Shown here in pieces: positions 15,826 through 22,828 of a DNA stretch of 64,000 nt. Under the pieces are notes generated by a model. The model saw nothing but the letters and a program-made list of their open reading frames with translations. It was not told where the DNA came from and ran no database searches. The stretch is from a virus. Numbering within the stretch: the first letter of the stretch is position 1; the number at the start of each line of letters is the position of its first letter. The stretch lies in IMG/VR virus record IMGVR_UViG_3300045988_175656; one strand, 5' to 3'. The position numbers were made by a program, and so were the translations under genes.

Positions 15826-15868
15826 TATTATAAGAAATAAGAAGTACTAACAATTAAATTTTAAAGTT

Positions 15869-16084
15869 ATGGGATGTTTAAATGTTAAAAAGTATAACGC
15901 TATGCAAGCGGAACGGGAACAAGAATTTTTAAACAAGTTAGACCGTACAGGATTAACAGAAACAGATATTAAAAAAATGTGTGAAAGCTACTTTCCACGT
16001 ATTAACAAAAATTATGGCTTTGTTACGTTTGATAACAGAACTTGTGCAACTGAAATTCATTGGCACAAAAGAAAACCTTATTAA
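15869..16084 (+). CDS. hypothetical early protein
   Basis: ORF track; AAAGTTATG start. Confidence 0.6.
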   Translation: MGCLNVKKYNAMQAEREQEFLNKLDRTGLTETDIKKMCESYFPRINKNYGFVTFDNRTCATEIHWHKRKPY

Positions 16085-16127
16085 CAACAATTAACTCAAA
16101 TAATTTGGTGGGGAAAGAAATTTCCCC

Positions 16128-16212
16128 TATCTTTGTAATACAGAAAAGGAAACAAAGGTATAAGTAACATTATAGAGTATAGTCTCCAACATATTTAATA
16201 TAAAATAGTTAA
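16128..16212 (+). repeat. promoter-coupled conserved element, copy I
   Basis: -7 box TATCTTTG 16128-16135, core AGAGTATAGTCTCC 16174-16187, GTTAA 16208-16212 (20-nt spacer). Confidence 0.75.
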
Positions 16213-16286
16213 AAAATACTAATTAAATTAATAATTTTTAATACAAAATAATTTGTAAAATACTTGCATAATTGAAATATTATCTA

Positions 16287-16294
16287 TATCTTTG
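16287..16294 (+). promoter_or_regulatory. -7 box TAtcTTTG
   Basis: Followed by ATCAAAATTAAGAAGATTACTAACAATTAAATTTTAAAGTTATG. Confidence 0.55.
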
Positions 16295-16339
16295 TATTAT
16301 CAAAATTAAGAAGATTACTAACAATTAAATTTTAAAGTT

Positions 16340-16624
16340 ATGGCAAATTTCATTTTTCTTAAAAACGACTCTTATAATAGTCCCGTAGTTGCAAAATTGG
16401 CTGTTATTGAAATAGAAGGTGACTATGATTGGTGGCACATTAAAACACGCCCTATCAAGGCTACTAAACGAAATATAGAGCTTTTAAAACTCTATGCAAG
16501 AGAGAACACAACAGATTATATGTGTTGTGAATACGATTGCACAGGTAGCACTAAAAGAACATATAAAGTAAAAGTTAAAAAAGGTAAATGTTGGTTAATT
16601 GAATATGGTAGTGTAGATTGCTAA
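16340..16624 (+). CDS. hypothetical early protein
   Basis: ORF track; AAAGTTATG start. Confidence 0.6.
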   Translation: MANFIFLKNDSYNSPVVAKLAVIEIEGDYDWWHIKTRPIKATKRNIELLKLYARENTTDYMCCEYDCTGSTKRTYKVKVKKGKCWLIEYGSVDC

Positions 16625-16667
16625 CATTTATTAACATAAATAATTTGGTAGGTATCAGAGAAATACC

Positions 16668-16675
16668 TACCTTTG
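16668..16675 (+). promoter_or_regulatory. -7 box TAccTTTG with embedded hairpin
   Basis: TTTGGTAGGTATcagagaaATACCTACCTTTG. Confidence 0.55.
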
Positions 16676-16700
16676 TTTCAAACAATTAAAAAGAATAGTT

Positions 16701-16976
16701 ATGGAAGAAAAAATTAAACAATTTGTTAAACAGCTAAATGAAAAATATCCCGAATATGTAACATCATACACACAAGGGAAAAAGTTTTACAAAATATGGA
16801 GAACATTTGGCGTGCAGAAATGTATCTATTGTTTTGTAGATATGGACGGAAATATTTACAAAGCTGCAAGTATTAACGCACCCGCAAAACATATTAGAGG
16901 GCACATTTCAGAACCTTTTAAAGACAATTGTTGCGGACGTTACGGAATTAAGTATTTAAAAGGTCCTAACTTCTAA
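16701..16976 (+). CDS. hypothetical early protein
   Basis: ORF track. Confidence 0.6.
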   Translation: MEEKIKQFVKQLNEKYPEYVTSYTQGKKFYKIWRTFGVQKCIYCFVDMDGNIYKAASINAPAKHIRGHISEPFKDNCCGRYGIKYLKGPNF

Positions 16977-16987
16977 TTAAGTTTATT

Positions 16988-17027
16988 AACATTTGGTGAA
17001 GTGTAGTAGCCAAATGTTAATTTTTTT
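16988..17027 (+). terminator. bidirectional-looking terminator hairpin
   Basis: AACATTTGG (16988-16996) / CCAAATGTT (17010-17018) plus T-run. Confidence 0.65.
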
Positions 17028-17035
17028 AATATTTT

Positions 17036-17114
17036 TTAACTAAAAAAATATAGATGTGTTGGAGACTATACTCTAAGATATTACTCTTACCTTTTTTATT
17101 ACATTACAAAGATA
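17036..17114 (-). repeat. promoter-coupled conserved element, copy J (opposes flanking genes)
   Basis: -7 box caaagata 17107-17114, core 17061-17074, TTAAC 17036-17040 (20-nt spacer). Confidence 0.75.
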
Positions 17115-17273
17115 AGAATAATTTCTTTAAGTACCAAATATTTGATTAATTTTTATTGTTCATTAACACAATATAGTTTTAAAGTTAATTTTGTGTTAAA
17201 GATAGAAAAATACTTGTTTGGTATTGATATAATTCATACTTTTGTGCATATCAAAATTAAAAGCAATAAAGTT

Positions 17274-17546
17274 ATGAAAGCAAAAAATTACATTCCGCAA
17301 ATTTCTGTTTATTACAGTGAGAGAAACTATAATGACTATAATAACGCTATACAACAAGCTATAAAGCGTTTTAAAGAGTTTTATTCCCGTTTTGATAAAA
17401 GACTACTCACAACAAAGAAAAAAGTTAATGTGAACATAAAAGGGCACATTTTAAATGTGAATATTGACTTTAATAAAGTACATTATTCACAATGTTATGA
17501 GATAGTAAACTATAACGAAATAAAAGGGCTACAAATCAATTATTAA
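17274..17546 (+). CDS. hypothetical early protein
   Basis: ORF track 17142..17546 starts on TTG and spans a TActTTTG box (17237-17244). The ATG at 17274 has the AAAGTTATG context. Confidence 0.6.
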   Translation: MKAKNYIPQISVYYSERNYNDYNNAIQQAIKRFKEFYSRFDKRLLTTKKKVNVNIKGHILNVNIDFNKVHYSQCYEIVNYNEIKGLQINY

Positions 17547-17550
17547 AGAT

Positions 17551-17799
17551 ATGGCACGAAATATAAGTCTTTCAACCGTAGAGAAAATTTTTAATAATTT
17601 AGGTGATGTTAAATTAGAACCTAAAGTTTATAAACAAATTGAAAAAGAATTACGATTTGAGGGGAGAGATAAAAGGTTTGATTTATTTGTTGAGGCTGGC
17701 ACAAATAAATCTATGCTCTTTAAGTTTATGAAAAAAAGATACTATGTTTACTATGATTACAGTATTAATAAGTGGAAAGCTGAATATAATATAAGATAA
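17551..17799 (+). CDS. hypothetical early protein
   Basis: ORF track; begins 4 nt after the previous stop. Confidence 0.6.
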   Translation: MARNISLSTVEKIFNNLGDVKLEPKVYKQIEKELRFEGRDKRFDLFVEAGTNKSMLFKFMKKRYYVYYDYSINKWKAEYNIR

Positions 17800-17917
17800 A
17801 ATAATACTATGTTAATTTATAGTTAAATATAGGAAAATATTTGTTTGGTATTAATTTAATTCTTATCTTTGTACTATCAAAATTAAGGAAATTATTAACA
17901 ATTAAAAAATAAAAGTT

Positions 17918-18424
17918 ATGGCAATATTCGGAAATTTCGTAGGTAAAAAAGATTTAGAATTAACAAACGAAGAAAAAGAAATGTTTATGAATTTCTTCAA
18001 AATGAAACTTTTTAACTATCATAATTGCAATTTTGAAAAGGTATTAACAATTCAAAATGTAAAAGAAGAGTGTTATACAACTTTTACAGATTTTAAATCA
18101 TATTACTTTATTTTCAAGCCAAAAGAAAGTTTAAATGGGAGAAACGTTAAAAGAGATAGAGTTATTGATTTTTCGGGTATTTCTTTTATAATTCGCAAAG
18201 AAAGCGGTTTTTTAGAGATAAAAAATAAAGAAGAAAATATAAATACGCCCGAATTTCAATATTCTTTAAATATCCTTATTCAAGGAAAACAAATAAGGTA
18301 TAAATGTAGAAATATAGAAAGTATTTCTTTAAAAAATTCGTTTCAATTTGGTACTGAATTAAGCGATTTCGATTTTTCAGCTACTTTCTATGACTTATAT
18401 AGAACACTTTATGGCTTATATTAA
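17918..18424 (+). CDS. hypothetical early protein
   Basis: ORF track; AAAGTTATG start. Confidence 0.65.
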   Translation: MAIFGNFVGKKDLELTNEEKEMFMNFFKMKLFNYHNCNFEKVLTIQNVKEECYTTFTDFKSYYFIFKPKESLNGRNVKRDRVIDFSGISFIIRKESGFLEIKNKEENINTPEFQYSLNILIQGKQIRYKCRNIESISLKNSFQFGTELSDFDFSATFYDLYRTLYGLY

Positions 18425-18441
18425 TTAAAAATAAAATAGTT

Positions 18442-18636
18442 ATGAAAGAAAAATATTTTATAGTTGTAAACGAAACAAAGAAAGAAATATACTTTGCGTC
18501 TAAAAATCAATTCAGAGCACAACATTTTACAAAATTCATTTACCAAAAATATGATAAACATGTTTCCTGTGTGCCACGTTATTTGACGCAAAAAGAAATT
18601 GAAATGTATAAAGATATAATCAGTAAGAGAGGTTAA
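18442..18636 (+). CDS. hypothetical early protein
   Basis: ORF track. Confidence 0.55.
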   Translation: MKEKYFIVVNETKKEIYFASKNQFRAQHFTKFIYQKYDKHVSCVPRYLTQKEIEMYKDIISKRG

Positions 18637-18648
18637 AATAAATAAAAT

Positions 18649-18679
18649 GTTAAGAATTTGACTGTTCTTAACATTTTTT
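18649..18679 (+). terminator. bidirectional-looking terminator hairpin
   Basis: GTTAAGAA (18649-18656) / TTCTTAAC (18665-18672) plus T-run; A/T-rich on the other side. Confidence 0.65.
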
Positions 18680-18774
18680 AACTTATTTTTATATATAAAA
18701 AATAAAGCATAACGGAGACTATACTTTAGAATATTACTTCTACTTTTTCCCCCTTTTGGAACACTACAAAGATA
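18678..18774 (-). repeat. promoter-coupled conserved element, copy K (opposes flanking genes; 31-nt spacer variant)
   Basis: -7 box caaagata 18767-18774, core 18714-18727. The nearest TTAAC is 18678-18682 (31-nt spacer). CCG replaces CCAA after the core. Confidence 0.7.
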
Positions 18775-18931
18775 AGAAGAATATTTGAAACTAACAAATT
18801 TATTCCAATGATTAACATTTAATTAACTCTTAAAACGTATTGTGTTAATCAATATTAATAAATCACGTTTTATTTGGTAGATATAAAATTAATTCATATA
18901 TTTGCAATATCAAAATTAAAACAAAGAAGTT

Positions 18932-19402
18932 ATGGAAAAGAATTTAGAGTATTACAGAGAACAATGTCAAGAAATTGCAAACATGATTGCAAATGAAGTT
19001 ACGGACGCAAAAAGTGTTAAAGTTGATTGTGGCGGCTTTTGTCCTTACTTGTGCTTTATTAGAATAGACGCACTTGACAAAAAAGATTATATAAATAATA
19101 TATCAAATAATAGTATCTTTATAGATATTAAAATAGACTTTCAAGAAAATAAATTTGAACTGTTTAGAGATGGACACATTTACCTATCACCAAAGGATAA
19201 AAAAACACCACAATTTAAATATTTAGCTATGCGTGGTATGATTAATATTGCAGAAGAAAAAGGAGTTAAAAAAATGCGTAAAACAAAGCATAAAGACAAT
19301 AAAACAACCGCTAATAAAATAGCTCTTTACTTCAATGAAGTTATGAAAGCTGTAAAAGAATATACAGGCGGTTATCCTTACAGACAAGGAATCGAAGAGT
19401 AA
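18932..19402 (+). CDS. hypothetical early protein
   Basis: ORF track. Confidence 0.65.
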   Translation: MEKNLEYYREQCQEIANMIANEVTDAKSVKVDCGGFCPYLCFIRIDALDKKDYINNISNNSIFIDIKIDFQENKFELFRDGHIYLSPKDKKTPQFKYLAMRGMINIAEEKGVKKMRKTKHKDNKTTANKIALYFNEVMKAVKEYTGGYPYRQGIEE

Positions 19403-19483
19403 TTAACATTTATTAATACAAAAAATTTGGTAGGAATGAAATAATTTCCTACCTTTGTATCAAACAATTAAAGATAACAAGTT

Positions 19484-19702
19484 ATGGATAAAGAAAAAAT
19501 TATTAATAGTATTTGTATAGCTTGCAGAGCTACACAAGGCGGTACTTTAAAGTTTGGTACAGGCGGTTTTGTAGATTTTTCTGTAAGTTGGGATTATCAA
19601 TGTAATTTTGACATTTTTAATCTTAAAACAAAAAAACATCACTTTTGTAGCACTTTAGGCACAGCCGTTGAAATTGTTGAAAAATTATTAACAGAAATAT
19701 AA
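19484..19702 (+). CDS. hypothetical early protein
   Basis: ORF track. Confidence 0.55.
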   Translation: MDKEKIINSICIACRATQGGTLKFGTGGFVDFSVSWDYQCNFDIFNLKTKKHHFCSTLGTAVEIVEKLLTEI

Positions 19703-19745
19703 CATTTATTAACTCTAAAAATTTGGTGATATGAGATAAAAGTCG

Positions 19746-19753
19746 TACATTTG
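19746..19753 (+). promoter_or_regulatory. -7 box TAcaTTTG driving an ORF-free unit
   Basis: Preceded by TTATTAACTCTAAAAATTTGG, the usual upstream element. Confidence 0.55.
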
Positions 19754-19759
19754 TAATAA

Positions 19760-20176
19760 AGAAATACAACTAACAGAAAAAGAGATTAAGTATTAATTTT
19801 AATAATGTCTAAAAATGGAAACAAATAAGCCACCGCCCTAAAAAGGTTATTTAAATTTGATAATATAAGATAGAATAATTTAATAGCTACGAAAACTAAC
19901 AAGGTACGCAAGTTTAAAGAGTAAAAAGTTTTAGAACGTACTGCATTAAGCGAAAAAGCTATGCCACCACAGTATTAAGTTTATAACATTATAATATATA
20001 GAGTAATTTAATTTATATTTAATTTTAACTTTCCGCTGTTTGCGGACTAAAAACATAAGTATGCACTTAATTAGAGATAAGACCATATAAAAATTATATG
20101 TAATATAGAATGAATTTATAGATTAAGAAAATAAGGCAAAAGCTCTGATAATACCGTCATTTATCAGAGCTTTTTT
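19760..20176 (+). ncRNA. candidate non-coding RNA of about 420 nt (function unknown)
   Basis: Canonical promoter at 19746-19753 and terminator at 20141-20176. The longest plus-strand ATG ORFs I found encode no more than 9 aa. Nested complementary segments: ATAGCT 19883-19888/AGCTAT 19957-19962, GTACG 19904-19908/CGTAC 19937-19941, TCCGC 20032-20036/GCGGA 20042-20046. Confidence 0.4.
20141..20176 (+). terminator. bidirectional-looking terminator hairpin
   Basis: AGCTCTGATAA (20141-20151) / TTATCAGAGCT (20161-20171), flanked by an A-run and a T-run. Confidence 0.75.
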
Positions 20177-20187
20177 AATTACAGTTT

Positions 20188-20271
20188 TTAACATTTTTTA
20201 TAAGTACGTGACGGAGACTATACTTTAAAGTTTTAACCTTACCTCTTTGTTTTTCTTACACTACAAAGATA
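20188..20271 (-). repeat. promoter-coupled conserved element, copy L (opposes flanking genes)
   Basis: -7 box caaagata 20264-20271, core 20213-20226, TTAAC 20188-20192 (20-nt spacer). Confidence 0.75.
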
Positions 20272-20428
20272 AGGATAATAATTCAATCTACCAAACATTA
20301 TTTCAGTTTTAACATTACTTTAACACAAAATACTTAATATGTTAATATTGTGTTAAAGATATGATATTACTTGCATATATGAAAAATAACATATATATTT
20401 GCAATATCAAAATTAAAGTAATAAAGTT

Positions 20429-20869
20429 ATGATTGGAAAAGATAAAAGTTACATTAAAAGTAACGAGATTACAGAAATAAAACTAAAAGCGTTTAGAAGC
20501 TCTTTTTCAAAGGATATTATTCTTTGTGGGGAAAGTATTACAGATAGACAAAAAGTATCTCAAAAGTGCTTAGATTATCTCTGTGATAAATTTAAAATTG
20601 AAAAGGTGAAACTAACAGTTTTAAATAAGCCACAAAGAAAAAAAGCAAATGGCAAAACTTTAGGTTTTTATACTGTTGGGAGAAATCATATCACAATATA
20701 TAATCTAACAGCCACCACACAAAAAACTGTATCTATAAAAACTTTTTACGATACATTATTACATGAATTTATGCACCACTATGACTATAAAGTTTTAAAA
20801 CTTGAAAACAGTCTGCATACAAGCGGTTTTTATCAAAGAATAAGCGACTTAAAAAATAAATTGCAATAA
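20429..20869 (+). CDS. putative SprT-like zinc metallopeptidase
   Basis: HExxH motif in TLLHEFMHHYDY; AAAGTTATG start. Confidence 0.55.
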   Translation: MIGKDKSYIKSNEITEIKLKAFRSSFSKDIILCGESITDRQKVSQKCLDYLCDKFKIEKVKLTVLNKPQRKKANGKTLGFYTVGRNHITIYNLTATTQKTVSIKTFYDTLLHEFMHHYDYKVLKLENSLHTSGFYQRISDLKNKLQ

Positions 20870-20965
20870 AAACATTTATTAACACAAAAAATTTGATTAT
20901 TAAAGAAAAACACCTTATCTTTGTAACATCAAAATAAGAGAATTAACAATTTAAAAATTAAAGTT

Positions 20966-21091
20966 ATGGAAATAGAATTATTAAAGAAAGCAATTTATAT
21001 CAGAACTAAAAAGTTTTCAATTTGGTTCGGATGGCTATCATTCTCAAAAAATGATTGTTTTATACCAACATTCTATTTTAATAAGTTGTAA
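20966..21091 (+). CDS. small hypothetical protein (41 aa)
   Basis: Own translation MEIELLKKAIYIRTKKFSIWFGWLSFSKNDCFIPTFYFNKL; full canonical promoter, leader and AAAGTTATG start. Confidence 0.4.
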   Translation: MEIELLKKAIYIRTKKFSIWFGWLSFSKNDCFIPTFYFNKL

Positions 21092-21110
21092 CATTTTAAA
21101 TTTTAAAGTT

Positions 21111-21425
21111 ATGTTATATAGTGGTGAAACCGTTTTTTTAAAAAGTACTGATAATGCAAAAGCAAATGTACTCTGCAAGCAAGTTAATAAACTGACAGCA
21201 AAAAAATTATATGATAAGGGAGTTAAAATTTGGTTACATCCTTGCAATTTAACGCTTAATAACGTTTGGCAAGTGCCTTATCATTTCCAAAAAAGCGAAA
21301 CAAATACTGAATGTTTTGATAGCCTTGTTAATTCTTTTAGGTGGTATAATTGTGACAGACAGAGAGGTAAAAGAATTATTTTCTTTGCCGAATGTGATAA
21401 AATGGGAAAATTACTTCATTCTTAA
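21111..21425 (+). CDS. hypothetical early protein
   Basis: ORF track 21051..21425 trimmed to the ATG with the AAAGTTATG context (MLYSGETVFL...). Confidence 0.55.
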   Translation: MLYSGETVFLKSTDNAKANVLCKQVNKLTAKKLYDKGVKIWLHPCNLTLNNVWQVPYHFQKSETNTECFDSLVNSFRWYNCDRQRGKRIIFFAECDKMGKLLHS

Positions 21426-21436
21426 AAACTGACAGT

Positions 21437-21583
21437 ATGACAAACATATTATATATAGGGCTATTTACAGCCCTTTTAATAGCACTTTTTTTCTTTGCAA
21501 TGAAAGTATTATCTAAGCAAAGAAAAGCTAACAGAGAGGAAAAAACTCGCTTTATTTGGGCGAATATAAGATATAAAACATAA
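21437..21583 (+). CDS. small membrane protein (48 aa)
   Basis: Own translation MTNILYIGLFTALLIALFFFAMKVLSKQRKANREEKTRFIWANIRYKT; one TM helix. Confidence 0.35.
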   Translation: MTNILYIGLFTALLIALFFFAMKVLSKQRKANREEKTRFIWANIRYKT

Positions 21584-21742
21584 CTTTAGATTTATAGAAC
21601 TTAATTTTGATGAAAAAATGCACCCGTTTGTGAAAATAGGTGCATTTTGCTTTTATTAACACAAATAATTTGTATATGATAAATAAATCGCTTATCTTTG
21701 TAATATCAAAATAAGAGTACTAATAATTAAAATTTTAAAGTT

Positions 21743-21928
21743 ATGATACATTTTAATTCTCATCCAGAAGTAATAAATATTACAGCAGCCACTAATGCTA
21801 ATCAGATAACAAAAGAATACTATGATTTTTTAGTAGGAGAAATTAATAGAGGTACAATAAAAAAAGCTGTTTGTCGTATTGAGAATGAAGTATTTGGTAC
21901 AGTATCTTATCATTTAATATCATATTAA
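21743..21928 (+). CDS. hypothetical early protein
   Basis: ORF track; AAAGTTATG start. Confidence 0.5.
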   Translation: MIHFNSHPEVINITAATNANQITKEYYDFLVGEINRGTIKKAVCRIENEVFGTVSYHLISY

Positions 21929-21978
21929 CATTCATTAGTGATAATAATTTGTATATTCAAAATTAAAAATTTAAAGTT

Positions 21979-22251
21979 ATGGATAATAATTTACAAGAAT
22001 TTAGATTTAATACAGGTGTAAAAGTATATAGTTTTTGTCCTCCAGTTCCTTGTGTGGGTGAATATCAAATTGTAGACGGAAACGGAGTTAAAATAATTTT
22101 GTTTTATTGTACTGATGTTCCGAAAAATGCTACTTTCTTATTTGCTTGCGATACGCCTAATTTAGACAAAGCAAAAGAAAATAATGTGATAGTAAGGGAA
22201 ATTATAAAAGGTGGCTTATGTTCCAAATATGCTTATTTTAAAACTTATTAA
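21979..22251 (+). CDS. hypothetical early protein
   Basis: ORF track; AAAGTTATG start. Confidence 0.6.
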   Translation: MDNNLQEFRFNTGVKVYSFCPPVPCVGEYQIVDGNGVKIILFYCTDVPKNATFLFACDTPNLDKAKENNVIVREIIKGGLCSKYAYFKTY

Positions 22252-22338
22252 CACAAAATATTTGGAACATATCAAAAAAATACCTATCTTTGTAATATCA
22301 AAATTAAAGAAGTTACTAACAATTAAAAATTTAAAGTT

Positions 22339-22539
22339 ATGAAAAAATTTCAATTAAGTTTTCAAGCAAGAAAGATTAATGCAATCGGAATTGTTTACAA
22401 TAACTCTGCAACTGTGGTTGCAGATAATTTACAAGAAGCAACAAATTATCTTTACACAATCTTTGAGCATATAAAAGATATAAAAATTGTGAAAAAAACT
22501 AAAACAAATATGGAAAAGGGAATTGTTAAACATAGTTAA
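22339..22539 (+). CDS. hypothetical early protein (last gene of plus early arm)
   Basis: ORF track; AAAGTTATG start. Confidence 0.55.
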   Translation: MKKFQLSFQARKINAIGIVYNNSATVVADNLQEATNYLYTIFEHIKDIKIVKKTKTNMEKGIVKHS

Positions 22540-22545
22540 AAAAAT

Positions 22546-22561
22546 TGTTCCACGTGGAACA
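22546..22561. promoter_or_regulatory. parS site TGTTCCACGTGGAACA (perfect palindrome)
   Basis: Matches the parS consensus half-sites on both arms. Lies 7 nt after the stop of 22339..22539 and abuts the GC-rich island. Confidence 0.75.
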
Positions 22562-22639
22562 CCCCCTACATGGGGGCTACCCCCGTAACCCCCCACTCCG
22601 TTCCCCCTACCTTGAAGGGGTGGGTAAAACAGGGAACGG
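22562..22639 (+). other. GC-rich structured island (C-runs on plus / G-runs on minus)
   Basis: Hairpin CCCCC (22562-22566)/GGGGG (22572-22576). An 8-bp stem CCGTTCCC (22598-22605)/GGGAACGG (22632-22639) encloses CCCTACC..GGGTGGG. The minus strand carries four runs of at least 5 G. Confidence 0.6.
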
Positions 22640-22820
22640 TCTGGAAAATGAAATTTTTTTGGTCCAGAAAATTTTTATTTTTCGTAAATGCCTAAAAATC
22701 TAATTTTAAATTTCACATTTTTTAAAATAAAAAATGGCTTTTCAAAAAAATTTTCCAGAAAATTTTTTAGCTTTTTAAAAAAGGTATTATTTTATTTTTG
22801 CTAATTTATAAAAAAAAACG

Positions 22821-22828
22821 TATATTTG
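22821..22828 (+). promoter_or_regulatory. -7 box TAtaTTTG (class II, CGTATATTTGCA type)
   Basis: acgTATATTTGCAaaaa, 24 nt upstream of ATG 22852. Confidence 0.55.

Noticed and set aside
2091-20226. Reading GGAGACTATAC as a T7/SP6-like single-subunit RNAP promoter (ACTATA resemblance)
   Set aside because: Only 4 of 12 copies would point with the genes in that direction. All 12 have a host-type promoter facing the opposite way, and no such RNAP gene is in the window. It is kept only as a low-priority alternative in the main finding.
2066-20271. The 12 conserved repeats as a CRISPR array or mini-arrays
   Set aside because: The copies are 0.9-3.8 kb apart and separated by genes. They occur in both orientations, each has its own promoter, and no cas genes are visible. 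A solitary-repeat or decoy-RNA idea remains possible, but this is not an array.
22562-22639. GC-rich island as a tRNA/tmRNA or other known RNA gene
   Set aside because: I could not draw a cloverleaf, T-loop or tmRNA tag region. It is reported only as a structured element of unknown role.
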